From: Malacoraja senta
Lineage: Eukaryota
Assembly (NCBI GenBank): GCA_038087875.1
Contig: CM075990.1
Span: 7,192,001 to 7,256,000, forward strand
Direction of reading: 5' to 3'
DNA: 64,000 bases
The notes beneath the pieces were generated by a model. That model searched no databases. It was not told the origin of the DNA and saw only the letters and a program-made list of their open reading frames with translations. The position numbers and the translations under genes are program-made. Positions 25,715 through 37,986 of the stretch are shown here, in pieces (within the stretch, counting starts at the first letter, position 1; each line of letters opens with the position of its first letter).

Positions 25715-26300
25715 TGGAGTAAGTCAGCGGGTCAGGCAGCCACCCTGGAGAACATGGATAGGTGATGTTTCTGGACGAGACCCTTCTTTGGCTGGAGTAA
25801 GTCAGCGGGTCAGGCAGCCACCCTGGAGAACATGGATAGGTGATGTTTCTGGACGCGACCCTTCTTTGGCTGGAAGAACTCAGCGTGTCGGGCAGCCAGT
25901 CTGGAGAACATGGATAGGTGATGTTTCTGGATGAGATCCTTCTTTGGCTGGAAGAACTCAGCGTGTCAGGCAGCCAGTCTGGAGAACATGGCTAGGTGAT
26001 GTTTCTGGACGAGACCCTTCTTTGGCTGGAGTAAGTCAGCGGGTCAGGCAGCCACCCTGGAGAACATGGATAGGTGATGTTTCTGGACGCGACCCTTCTT
26101 TGGCTGGAAGAACTCAGCGTGTCAGGCAGCCAGTCTGGAGAACATGGCTAGGTGATGTTTCGCGTCAAGACCTTTCTTCTGAAGAAGGGTCTCGACCCGA
26201 AACAACACTTATCCATGTTCATCAGGGATGCTGCCTGACCCGCTGAACTTCTCTAGCACTTTTGTGGATTAACCAGCCTCTGCAGTCCTTTGTTTCTGCT
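25715..26300. repeat. Six tandem 78-bp Penelope-pLTR-derived units followed by one inverted pLTR copy
   Basis: Units start at 25715, 25793, 25871, 25949, 26027 and 26105. The inverted copy begins ctgaagaagggtctcgacccgaaac at ~26179. Confidence 0.9.
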
Positions 26301-26429
26301 ATAAATGAACCCTGAGTCAAAAGCACCATTACAGAATGAAAATAAGTAATGGTGGAATTACTCAGCAGGTCAGGGAGTATCTATGGACAGATCAGCTGAT
26401 TGAATGTTTCAGCATCATTACTCCACATC

Positions 26430-26735
26430 AGACACAGTGGCACAGCTGGTAGAACTGCTGCTTCACTGTGCCAGAGACCTGGGTTAGGTCTGGAACTCGG
26501 GTGCTGTGTGGAGTTTGCACATTCTGCCTGTGACCAAGGGGGTCTCCACCTGGTGCTCTGATTTCCTCCAATACCCAAAAGATGTACAGGAGTGTAGGTT
26601 AATTGGCCTTTGTAAAATTACCCCTAATTTGTAGGGATGGATGAGAAAGCGGGATAATATATATCGGGTGATCACTGTTCATTGTGGACTCAGCAGGCTG
26701 AAGGGTCTATATATGTTGTATCTCTAAACTACACT
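26430..26735 (+). mobile_element. V-SINE (older)
   Basis: cacagtggcacagctggtagaactgctgc head, V-domain, tatctctaaactacactaaac tail. Confidence 0.7.
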
Positions 26736-27589
26736 AAACATGAAAAAAGTTAAAATATGCCTGCTTTCTTATACTTTTTAGTTCATTGACCTGAAATGTG
26801 AACAGTTTTTCCACAAATGCTGCCCAACTTGCTGAGTATTTGCACCATTTTCTCATTGTATTGCAGACTTCTGCAGACTTGTTTTGCTTCTGATAGCCCC
26901 ATCCTACACTGAGCCTGACTGATCTGCTCAAGAGAATGCATCCAGTTACTTGTATTTAGTCAGTACCGCTGAAAGCATGGCAGCCACGTGGCAATTGTGG
27001 TTGGTCCTATCCATCTTATCCAGAGCCGCTCCAAATGAAGGATGGGCGAGTTGTTCAGGCTGACTTTAGTCTCGACCGCTGAAGACCTGGCGTGCAAGGT
27101 CAGTGCAGTGCTCAGCTGTGCTGAGACCTCTCTCAGGTCCCTCCGATCCACAGTTTGCAGAACTAATCACGAGGCACTTTAATAATAGATTCGCTCGCTA
27201 TTGCTGTAGTCTATTCAGAGGGACCGATAATAGGAAGATGCGGCAGAACGATGAATGTTTAATGATAGTGACTGGGCTCCATCTGACATTTCTGTGGCTG
27301 AGTGGAGGAAGGCACGAATAGTGCGATTGTTCAAAGAATTGTCCACGCTTCATTAGCAGCCGATTAGAAAAACAAAATGACTGTCCCTGCTACTTATTTC
27401 TCTTGCCCGACAGAGCTCCATACTTGAGGCCAATGAGCTAGATCCCTGCATTCAGCGAGGCAGAGCGTTTTCTGATAACATGTCTCAGATTAAATTGTGA
27501 TCAATGGAGGAGTAAAGAATTTCCCGGAGGCAAGTTGTCAGAAAACACAGCTTTCAGAAACCCAAAGCAGGCTTGACCAAAGGCCCAAA

Positions 27590-28215
27590 GACAGACGCAA
27601 AATGTTGGAGTAACTCAGCGGGTCAGGCTGCATCTCTGGAGAGAAGGAATAGGTGACGTTTTGGATCGAGACCCTTCTTCAGACTGAGAGTCAGGGGAGA
27701 GGAGAACGAGCGATATGGACTGTACTTAGGGAGAATGAATGGAAGATATGCAAAAAGCAACGATAGTCAAGGAAAGGTGGAGCCCACAATGGTCCATTGT
27801 TGGCTGTGGGGTAGGTAATAACGAGTTATACAGCCAGTGGCACTCAACAGGATGACAGTAAAATGTGCAGGAAGGATCTGCAGATGCTGGTTTAATTCGT
27901 AGACACAGAAAGCTGGAGTAACTCAGCGGGGCAGGCAGCAACTCTGGAGAGAAGGAATGGGTGATGTTTCAGTCGAGGCCCTTCTTCAGACAGAAGGGTC
28001 TCAACCCAAACGTCACCCATTCCTCTCCAGAGATGCTGCCTGTCCCGCTGAGTTACTCCAGCTTTCTGTGTCTATCTTAGGACGACAGTGAACTAGTTTG
28101 ACGATGAGGGTGGGGGAGGGACGGAGAGAGGGGATGCAAAGGTTACTTGATGTGAGATAAATCAATATTCACACCGCAGGGTTGTAAGCTGCACAAACTG
28201 CCCAGTTGTTTTTCT
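27590..28215 (-). mobile_element. Penelope 3' end with a nested palindromic pLTR element (~27863-28078)
   Basis: pLTR plus GIY-YIG tail remnant (gggttgtaagctg, aaatcaatattcac). The nested hairpin is flanked by aggatgacagtaaa / aggacgacagtgaa. Confidence 0.7.
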
Positions 28216-28474
28216 TCATGTCCACTGAAAGACATCATTCTCACTGACTGCTGACATTTATTTTTCCCTTTGTCATTTCCACCCTGTCTTCTGAAACCTC
28301 TCACCCCCCTTTCAAGCGATGGTGCCGGCATGTTCGACGTGGTCCAAGGCAGTGTCTGCACGTTATTCATCAGGGGAGGCATCTCACGTAAGTGCATCCT
28401 ATCTCCCTGACATCCCATGTAATGTTGCAAGATAGATAACGGAGCGCGTTCCCACAGAGAGCAACGTGATCATT

Positions 28475-29230
28475 TTAGTTCAGTTTAGTTTTAGACGCAC
28501 TGAGCGGAAACAGGCCCTTCGGCCCACGGAGTCCGCGCTGACCAGCGATCCCCGCACATTGACTCTACCTTCTTACACACACTAGGGACAATTAAAAATT
28601 ATTGTAGCCGGAGCACCCGGAGAAACCAACCAGAGCACCTGGAGAAAACCCACGTGGTCATAGAGAAAACGTACAATCTCTGTGTAGGAAAGACATGAAA
28701 GTCTTTCTCTCCAGAAATGCTGCCTGTCCCGCTGAGTTACTCCAGCAATTTGTGTCCACGTACAAACTCTGTACAGACAGTCACTCATAATCAGGATCGA
28801 ACCCAGGTCTCTGGCGCTGTAAGCTCATAGGTTTATGTTCATAAGTGATAGGAGTAGAATTAGGCCATTTGGCCCATCAGGTCTACTCCGCCATTCAATC
28901 ATGGCTGATCTATCTTTCCCTCTTAACCCCATTCTCCTGCCTTCTCCCCATTACCCCTGACACCCGTACTAATCAAGAATCTATCTATGTCTTAATATCC
29001 ATTGACTTGGCTTCCACAGGCTTCTGTGGCAATCAATTCCACACATTCACCACCCTCTGACATGAAATTCCTCCTCATTTCCTTTGCAAAAGAACGTCCT
29101 TTCATTCTGAGGCTACGACCTCTGGTCCTAGACTCTCCTATTAGTGGGAACATCCTCTCCACATCCACTCTATCCAGGCCTTACATCATTCGGTAAGTTT
29201 CAATGAGGTAGCAACTCTACCGCTGCGCTT
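28475..29230 (-). mobile_element. V-SINE with nested Penelope-derived and CR1 3' fragments (~28825-29208)
   Basis: SINE tail at 28475, head resuming at ~29208 (gcaactctaccgctgcg). CR1 3' end ccattcaatcatggctgatc lies inside. Confidence 0.7.
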
Positions 29231-29254
29231 CGATGCCAATGACCAAGCAATGTT

Positions 29255-29490
29255 GAGTGAGGTATAAATATTGGCCAGGACGCTCAAAATAATCGCTGCT
29301 GTCTTTGGAATAGTGCACTGGAAGTTTCAATGCCCAGGTAAGAGAGTAGACATGACCTCAGCTTCATCCAAAAGACCTCGCCCCAAACAGTGCAGTACCC
29401 CTTCAGTACTGTGTACTGGAATATCAACCTAGATTCTTATCAGTAGTCCCAGGGTCATCATTCTGACTGAGGCAAGAATACTGCCAACTA
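29255..29490 (-). mobile_element. Ancient DeuSINE (SacSINE1/AmnSINE1-like) remnant
   Basis: ataaatattggccagg...aatagtgc...catccaaaagac...acagtgcagtaccccttcagtactg...cctagatt resembles the reverse complement of the Deu domain as recalled. Confidence 0.6.
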
Positions 29491-30187
29491 GTGGTCAGCC
29501 GAGAGTAGTTGATACTGGAAGACATAAGGAACTGCAGATGCTAGAATCTTGAGCTAAACACAAACTGCCAGAGGAACTCAGCGGGTCGGACAGCATCTGT
29601 GGAGGGAATGGACAGGCGGTCCGCACCCTCCTTCAGACTCATGCTTCGGACTGATACTGTGAACATTTGTTTAATGTAACAGTAGAAGCTTTCTCTGGTG
29701 CAAGATTGTGGCAGACTGAGACTTAACTCAGGGTTTGAAAATCTTAAGGCTTAATACGATGGCATCTGTCACTAATGCTCCCGTTAAGTAATGGAAACAG
29801 AGAGAATATCACATAGAAGCACTCAGCGATTAACTTTGCTTCCTCATGCATTAACTGTTTTAAAGCTCGGGTATTTCTGCACTTTTAGTTAAAGGGGGAA
29901 CTTATTAAAGAAGTGTTTGATAATTTGTTCATACAATTGCGACTGTGTTGATATAAATTATAGCACCTTCTCAAATGTCTCGCATGTCATAATGATGATG
30001 GTACAAGTTTCTCTTCCTAACTTTAACTTCAAAGAGATTTCCAAAGGCATTGTTTGCCGAGACTGGGAGCTTTAACGCCCCTGTCTCTCTTCTCCTCTGC
30101 CTGACATGATCTGAGTTGACATCTCCGAGCAATAATGAAAGTGCTGCTTTGACAGAGGACTGATCCCTGGGATTGGATTACTTTGGA

Positions 30188-30487
30188 GTTTAGTTTAGTT
30201 TACTTTTGAGATACAGCGTGGAAACGGGCCCTTCAGCCCACCGAGTCCACGCCGACCAGCGATCCCCGCACATTAACACTATCCTGCACATACTGGGGAC
30301 AATTTATATTCATACCAAACCAATTAACCTACAAACCTGTACGTCTTTGGAGTGTGGGAGGAATCCGAAGATCCCGAAGGTCATGGGGAGAAAATATAAA
30401 CAGACAGCACCCCTAGTCAGAATCGAACCCTGGTCTCTGGCGCTGAAAGCACTGTAAAGCTGCAACTCTACCGCTGCACCACCGTGT
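30188..30487 (-). mobile_element. HE1-type V-SINE
   Basis: (TTTAG)n tail, V-domain, head caactctaccgctgcaccaccgtg. Confidence 0.85.
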
Positions 30488-30659
30488 ATCACATGGCTAT
30501 CTGTTCAAGTTGTTCATCTGCCTTTTGAGCACCTGATGTTGCAGGGTGTGAGGCAGTATCTGCCCTTCAAACAAGGTCGCATGAGCACCTCGTTTATTGC
30601 GTTCACAGTGATGGTGTCTTGCTGTGCAGGAAGGGGGCCGTTGCATTTGTCTAGATATC

Positions 30660-31035
30660 AGCACACATGCACACGTAGGCACATACACACATGCATATAC
30701 ACACATACACATACATATGTGCATGCACACAAAACCGAATCAATCATGCACACACACACTATAGCACAAGGACATGCAAAGCACATGAAACAAAAAGTAC
30801 ATATATACGTACACATGCACAGAAGCATATACACGGTCAAACGCATAAACACATACGTAAANNNNNNNNNNNNNNNNNNNNNNNNNNNNNNNNNNNNNNN
30901 NNNNNNNNNNNNNNNNNNNNNNNNNNNNNNNNNNNNNNNNNNNNNNNNNNNNNNNNNNNNNNNNNNNNNNNNNNNNNNNNNNNNNNNNNNNNNNNNNNNN
31001 NNNNNNNNNNNNNNNNNCCACAAACATACACATCC
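30660..31035. repeat. Degenerate (CA)n/(CATA)n tract spanning an N run
   Basis: cacacatgcacacg...acacatacacatac. Confidence 0.8.
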
Positions 31036-31711
31036 CCAGCCAATATTCTAATGATATTGACACAGATTAAATCCCCCCACCAATATCAGTGACACTTCAG
31101 AGCCTGTTGTAAACGTCCCAGAACTGACCAGTCTTGTATTTCATATATTTGTTCTGCGGAACACGTCTAAAATTTCACCGTCTTTGCCCTCTGAGTTTCT
31201 GCCCATTTGAATCAGATGCCATTCAAACGCTGCCTGTGAGAGCTGGTGAAGGCTCAGAAGGCACGTAATAGGCAGGTGTAACTCCACAACATAGCTGGGT
31301 CTAATTAGTCCGCGGCATGCTGGGGTGAAGCTGCGAATGGAAATTGCACCCTGCAGCGGGCGGGAGTTGCACTTAAACATTGGTGCCGATTTCTTTGAAG
31401 AGCTCTGCAAGCATTTCTAACCTTTGTCAGTTACTAAGTGCCCACCGGCAGGTTGTCACTGAAGGGTTAACAGCGGGAAGCCAATCTGTCAGGAGGCAGC
31501 TGTGCCCCAATGGGTGGGACTTTTCTATTTTTCAAGAGATATACTTAATTCATAAAACATACAGCAATGCCTTTGGGACATGACATTATCTTATCTCCAG
31601 AACAAAGTGTCAGTGTCGCTCAGTGCTCAAACATTGCTGTGGTGAATGGTCTGGTAGGCTGTGACACAGGACCCGTCCACTCAGTGTCCAGTGGCCACCA
31701 GGACCTTAGAT

Positions 31712-31925
31712 AGACAAAAATGCTGGAGAAACTCAGCGGGTGAGGCAGCATCTCTGGAGCGAAGGAACAGGTGACATTTCAGGACGAGACTCTTCTTCAG
31801 ACTCAGAAACTTCTCGACCCGAAATGTCACCTGTTCCTTCTCTCCGTAGATGCTGCCTCACCCGCTGAGTTCCTCCAGCATTTGTGTCTACCTTCGATTT
31901 CTCCAGCATCTGCAGTTCTTTCTTA
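31712..31925. mobile_element. Palindromic Penelope-pLTR-derived element
   Basis: Inverted arms. Perfect 15-bp TSD accaggaccttagat at 31697-31711 and 31926-31940. Confidence 0.85.
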
Positions 31926-31959
31926 ACCAGGACCTTAGATTGTCCTAACTCACAGAGCC

Positions 31960-32350
31960 TTTTTTTTTAACCAAAAATAATTGAATCAATTATTTACAAT
32001 AATATTTACAGTAAGAATTAAAATCAAAACAAAACTCACCACCATAATACAAGTCAAACAAATTTACTAAATAAACCACTACGCCACTATATCGCCATCC
32101 TTATTGAGGATGCATTCCATCACCCGCGCTGCCCAGCGGTCCCGGAAAGGCCCCAGGGCACCTGTGGACAGCGAGTGGTCCCTCTCTAAAACCACCCGGG
32201 CGTGGACGTAACCCCAGGAAAGGGGCAGGCAGCCGGCTCGGGCAGAGCTCTCTTCCGCCTGGCGCCATGACTCACGGATGGCCAGCTTGGCCAGGCCCTC
32301 ACAGAGCCTTAGCGGAGGCCGCACTGAGCTTCAGTCCGTTCCTCACAGTC
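31960..32350 (-). mobile_element. Tx1-clade LINE 3' end
   Basis: LAKLAIRES...GYVHARVVLERDH...FRDRWA C-terminal motif, AT-rich 3' UTR and poly(A) (T run at ~31960). Confidence 0.6.
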
Positions 32351-32439
32351 CAACGTCTTGGAGCATATCTGTCGGCATTTAACATGCAATGAGCTCGTAG
32401 AACTAAAAACAGAGTGCTGGAGTGACTTAGTAACTTATG

Positions 32440-32688
32440 TGGTAGAGTGGCGCAGCAGTAGAGTCCCAGGTTCGATCCCGGCCTCGGGTTCTGTCTGCAC
32501 ATTCTCCCTGTGACCGCGTGGGCTTCCTCCAGGTGCTCTGGTTTCCTCACACATCCCAAAGACGTGCAAGTTTGTAGGTTAATTGGCCTCTGTAAATTTC
32601 TCCTCGTGCAACGAGTGATGAATGGTTGGCACAAACTCGGTGGGCCGAAGGGCCTGTTTCTATGCTGTATCTCCAAAAACTAAAAACT
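32440..32688 (+). mobile_element. V-SINE
   Basis: gtggcgcagcagtaga...ggttcgatccc, V-domain, gggccgaagggcctgtttc tail. Confidence 0.8.
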
Positions 32689-33329
32689 CACGATATGACT
32701 GAGGAACCGAATGGGCTCCTAAGTTAAAGAAGACTTTAAAATGTCAGGGGGTGCCTTGCACCTGCTGCATGAAGTACTGTTAAAGATACAAGTACAAAAT
32801 GGCTAGAAACATCACCTGTGCAAAACAAAAACATTTCTGGTACAGTGCGTGTAAAGTGTTTCCCAACTAAATATGTGCATTTTCTTATGATTACAAAGGG
32901 GGCCATTTGACTTTTGTTGCCTCACAGACCATTCCCCCAAATAAAATGTCTCTATTATCTATTCTCAACACATTCCCACCAGATCCTCTCTATTCTCAGA
33001 TTCGACCACTCAGCTGTACCGGGGGAGATTTATCTGCACACCTAGGGGACGTGGGAAGAAACTGGAGCATCTGGAGGTAACCCACGTGGTCACAGGGAGA
33101 ACTCCGCAAAGACAGCATGGGAGGGCAAGGATGGAGTTGCAAGGCAACAGTTCGAACAGCTGTTACAAGGAACTGTAGATGCTGGAATCCTGAGCAAAAC
33201 ATGAAGTGCCGGAGTAACTCAGTCGGTCAGGCAGCATCTGTGGAGGGAATGGATAGGCGACGTTTTGGGACAGGACTTCTTTCGACGTGTCACCGATCCA
33301 TTTCCTTCACAGATGCTGCATGACCCACT

Positions 33330-33635
33330 AAGTTTGGAGTTTAGAGATACAGCATGGAAACAGACCCTACGGCCCACTGAGTCCATGACAACCATTGATC
33401 ACCCGTACACTAGTTCTAGGGTATCGCTTCCCACACACGAGAGGCAATTTACAGAAACCGATTAACCTACCAACCTGCACCTTTCTGAAATGTAAGAGGA
33501 ATCCGGAGCATTTGGAAAAAAAAACACGTGGTCACAGGGAGATCATATAAATTTCGCACAGCACCTGTAGTCAGGATCGAACCTGTGCCTCTTGCGATTT
33601 GAGGCAGCAGCTCTCCCACTGCACCAGTGTGCGGC
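33330..33635 (-). mobile_element. V-SINE (older)
   Basis: Same tripartite structure, more diverged. Confidence 0.7.
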
Positions 33636-33750
33636 ATGAGTTACTTCACCACCTTACGTTTAGCTTTATTAGCTAGTCAGGCAGCATCTGTGGAGGGAAC
33701 GTCGTTTGTCCATTCCTTCCGTAAATACTGCCTGATCCAATGAGTTTCTA

Positions 33751-33943
33751 TGGTAGACAAAAGTGCTGGAGAAACTCAGCGGGTGAGGCAGCATCTATGG
33801 AGCGAAGGAAATAGGTGATGTTTTGGGTCTCGACCTGAAACATCACCTATTCCTTCGCTCCATAGATGCTGCCTTACCCGCTGAGTTTTTCCAGCATTTT
33901 TGTCTACCTTCGATTTTTCCAGCATCTGCAGTTCCTTCTTAAA
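33751..33943. mobile_element. Palindromic Penelope-pLTR-derived element
   Basis: Inverted arms. 13-bp TSD caatgagtttcta at 33738-33750 and 33944-33956. Confidence 0.85.
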
Positions 33944-34369
33944 CAATGAGTTTCTACAATCATTTGTTTTTGCTCAAGATCCCAGCGTTTGCAATTTCTT
34001 TTGTCACCAGCTCTGCGAGCTTCATCGTACTATCCAACTCCTACACTGTATTCTTAACAGAACTTTACTTCTCCAATCACTATAGCCCTTTATAATGAGA
34101 CTTGGTACAACAGAATACATGGAAACAAACCATCAAGCTGCTTTGGCTAGTTGGCCTCGCCTGGTATCGACAGTATGTACTATGCACAACCTCCTCTCAT
34201 CTCACCTTGCCTTCTCCAATCAGCATGTACTGTTCCTTTAGTTATTTATCCACTGAAAGACATCATGACAATTGGCACATGATAAAGAGATCTCTCACAT
34301 GTTCCCCTCAAAGCTGCACACTCCTCTACGCTGACTTGGAAATACATTGTTACACACATCTCCAGATTC

Positions 34370-34650
34370 AGGAATAATTTCTTCCCAGCTGTTATCAGGC
34401 AATTGAACCGTGCTATCACCAACGAGAGAATGGTCCTGACATCTACCTCATTGGAGACCTTTGCACTCTATACTCGGACTTTACTGGACATTATCTTGCA
34501 CTAAACGTTATTCCCTTTATCCTGTATCTGTACTTTGTGGACAGCTTAATTATAAACATGCATAATCTTTCCGCTTACTGGATAACATACAAGCATACAT
34601 TTCACGGTAGCTCGGCACATATGACAACAATAAACTAAACTGAACTCTAT
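34370..34650 (+). mobile_element. Rex1-type LINE 3' end
   Basis: ttcaggaataatttcttcccagctgttatcaggcaattgaac (FRNNFFPAVIRQLN) and tail gacaacaataaactaaac. Related tails occur at ~11170, 20400, 43270, 44170, 45110, 52170 and 59385. Confidence 0.6.
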
Positions 34651-35720
34651 GATCACTGGGACTGCCAACCCAAGCACACTTTGGGACTTCCTTCACCATG
34701 AGGATGGTAGCAGATCGAGGAGGTAGCTCATCACCATCATCTCAAGGACAATTAAAGATAGGTAATAAATGTTAGTCTTGCCCACATCCCATGAAATGAA
34801 TTTTTAACAAAAATCGCTATTCACTAGCAATTGCCTTTTAATGCCGTATAACAGCTGGCATACATCTCCACAGACTGCGATTCCAGTTCTAAACATCATT
34901 GTTCCCTTCACGTTGCATTGAATTCTCTTTGATAATTACCCTTTGAAATACTCCACCGGGCCGATCTGTGGTGTCAAATTCAAGTGCATTATCTTTTGTA
35001 GAGCAGATAATGAGTTTGACATGTTTAACCATTCTCTGGGAGAAAAGATGTTCGTCGAGCATTCCTATCAGACACGACGCAACATTTAAAAGGACAGCGG
35101 GGATGGAGAAGAGGAAAGATGAGTTTTAATGCGGTTCCTTTGGAAGCTGAGATTCTGCTCTCTCATGAGCGAGTGGGCAATTAGTCCTCCAATTACTTCA
35201 CCATTGATCAATCTTCCTCTTGCTCCGCCAGGATTTACGTTCTGCCTCGGCTGTGTATTTCGGAATTATTTCCGACAGCAAGGCGTGCGTTTTGTTTCAC
35301 TTATGTCGTGCGGCCCTGTGGTCCTCTTCTTGGTTTAATTCAAGAGCCAGGCACAGGCAACGAGGAGCCGGAGAGGAGAGAAATGTGGCTTGAACGACCG
35401 ATAAACAAGGACGCATTAATCTATTGAAATTGAGAAACCCTACGCCAACAGTGACAGCAACTGTCTGGATCAATACAAGCCAGTGGGGCGGGGAGCACAT
35501 CTTTTATCCTGAAGCTCCACTGAATTCCGCTTTACAACATCTCTACAGGCCTGGGATGAAAGGAACAATAGAACATACTTTCTCAAGAGCAGTGATAATG
35601 CTTCGGAGTTGCAGACTGAATTCCATTCTGTGCTTTGACAAAACAAATACCTTCCTAGACCGTCCGACAGATGTGACTGATCTTTGCCGATTTCCATAGA
35701 TGCTGCCGCACCCGCTGAGT

Positions 35721-36007
35721 GTGAAAGCAGGCCCTTCGGCCCACCGAGTCCGCGCCGACCAGCGATCCCCGCACATGAACACTGCCCTACACACACTAGG
35801 GGACCATTTTATATTTATACCAGCCAATTAACCTACAAACCTGTATGTCTTTGGAGAGTGGGGGGAAACCGAAGATCTCGGAACAAACCCATGCAATTCA
35901 TGGGGAGAACGTACAAACTCCATTTAGACAAGTACCCGTAGTCAGGATTGAACCCGGGTCTCTGGCGCTGTAAGGCAGTAGCTCTACCGCTACGCCACCG
36001 TGCCGCC
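35721..36007 (-). mobile_element. HE1-type V-SINE
   Basis: Near-complete copy with head taccgctacgccaccgtgccgcc. Confidence 0.85.
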
Positions 36008-36219
36008 TCATGCTGCAAAGATGTGTACAAGCACTTAGCAAATTCCACTTGACAAGACTCCAAATAGTCACAATGCATTCAAATAGAACTTTTTCATCAT
36101 GGCAATGTCTTCTGAAAATCAAAATCTACGCCACCATGCCGACCAGAATTGATTGATTATTGATTTATCTTGGAATAATCAACATTAGGAAAGAGGAGTG
36201 TTAGCGGTCTAGAGATCCA

Positions 36220-37520
36220 CAAAAGTGGATAAATCCCCAGGGCCTGACCAAGTGTGTCTCTGGATATTGTGGAAAGTGAAGGATGAAATTGTTGGGGCCC
36301 TGGCAGATATTGTTATATCTATATTAGACGCAGTAGAGGTGCTGCAAAACTGGAGGGTGAATAATGTTATGTCTTTATCTACAAAGCCCTGCAAGGACAA
36401 GCCAGGGAACTGCAGACGGTATGCTTAACACCAGGCGAGGGAAAGTTATGAGAGGGGATATTGAGGGCGAGGATCTACCTATATTTGGAAAGGCAAGAAG
36501 ATAGACACAAAATGCTGGAGTAACCCTGAGGGACAGGCAGCATTTCTGGATAGAAGGAATGGGTGACGTTTCGGGTCAAGACCCTTCTTCAGACTCACGC
36601 ACTGATTAGGGATAGTCAGCATGGACTTTGTGGGAAATCATGCCTCAGTAATTTAATTCAGATTTTTTGAAGAGGAGACCAAAACAATGAATGAGATCAG
36701 GTAGTTCGACATTGTCTACACCGACCTCAACAAGGCTTTGACAAGGTCCTGCATGGTAGACGCGTCCGAAAGGTGACACCTTATGGGATCCAGGATGAGC
36801 TAGCCAACTGGATACAAAATTAACTTGGTGGCAGAGGTCAGAGGTTGCTGGTGGAGGGTTGCTTTTCAGATTGGATGCCAATGAAGTGTAGTCGGTACTG
36901 GGTCCCGTGCTGTTTCAAATCAAACGGAATAATTTTGATGAGAATATGGGTGGAATGATGGTGTGGTTCACAGTGAGGAACGTGATCTAGGATTACAACA
37001 TGATCTGGGGATCAACAGGAAAAGTGGGCAAAGGAATGGTAGATGGAAGTGAACTCAGTCAAATGTGAAAGTCTTGCATTTTTGGAAGTTAAACCAAGGC
37101 CTGACTTACACAGTAAATGACAGGGCTCTGGGGGAGTGTTGTCGAACACAGAGAGACACAGAGATACAATTACATAGATTTCTGAAAGTGGTGACACAGG
37201 TAGACAAAGTGGTGAAAAAGGCATCCTTTTTTCCTTGCCTTCATTGAATGGGGCATTGGAGCACAAGAGTGGGATATTATCTTGCAGCTGCATAGGAGGT
37301 GGTGAGGCAACACTTGCAATATTGTGCCCAGTTCCAACCACCTCACTATTTGAAGGAAGTGATTAAGTGAGGGAAGGTGCAAAAAACAGTTAAAGTGTAT
37401 TGCCGGGACTGAGCGCTTGAGCATTGAGGAGACTGGATAGGCTGGAACTGTTTTCACTGGAGCAAAAGAGGCCAAGGGGGTGACCTTAGACAGGTGTTTA
37501 AAATTACAAGGGACATAGAT
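36220..37520 (+). mobile_element. CR1 LINE ORF2 (RT) fragment, decayed, with a nested pLTR at ~36500-36596
   Basis: DKSPGPD...KPGNCR and DLNKAFDKVLHGR-type motifs, with many frameshifts. Confidence 0.8.
36563..36595 (-). ncRNA. Minimal type I hammerhead ribozyme motif (Penelope-associated), sense to the ARHGAP22 pre-mRNA
   Basis: Minus strand reads agt-CTGAAGA-a-gggtc-tt-gaccc-GAAA-cgtc-ac: intact core, 5-bp stem II, palindromic ACGU stem III, GUC site, very short stem I. Confidence 0.55.
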
Positions 37521-37549
37521 AAGGTGACAGACACAAAATGCCGGAGTTA

Positions 37550-37784
37550 AGGGCCTGTCGCACTTGGGCGTCATTTGCGCTTCACGCAGGTGGCGCGCAA
37601 AGATTTTGTGAATCCCAAAATCTTGGGGCGCCGCGAGCGACTGTGCAAAACTACCTACACCACCACGCCTCACCATGCGCGAGGCCGGCGTAATGCACGC
37701 CACGCCCGCATCACGTGCGCGTAACGACGCGTAAACGATGTCGCGTAAATGACGCGCAAATGACGCCCAAGTGGGACAGGCCCA
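37550..37784. mobile_element. PIF/Harbinger-type MITE family E
   Basis: TIRs agggcctgtcgcacttgggcgtcatttgcgc / gcgcaaatgacgcccaagtgggacaggccca. TSD TTA. Confidence 0.85.
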
Positions 37785-37986
37785 TTACTCAGCCGGTCAG
37801 GCAGCATCTCTGGAGAAAATGGACTGGTGACGTTTTGGGGCAAGACCCTTCATCAGACATGTCTGCGTGTGACTGTGACTGTGTCCGCGACCGCGTGGGT
37901 TTTCTTCGGGTGCTCCGGTTTCCTCCAACATCCCAAATACATGCAAGTTTGCAGATAAATTGGCCTCTGTAAATTGCCCCTGGTAT

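Noticed and set aside
25715-26180. CRISPR array or 26-aa repeat protein
   Set aside because: No unique spacers. Units derive from the Penelope terminal repeat, and the frame contains a stop.
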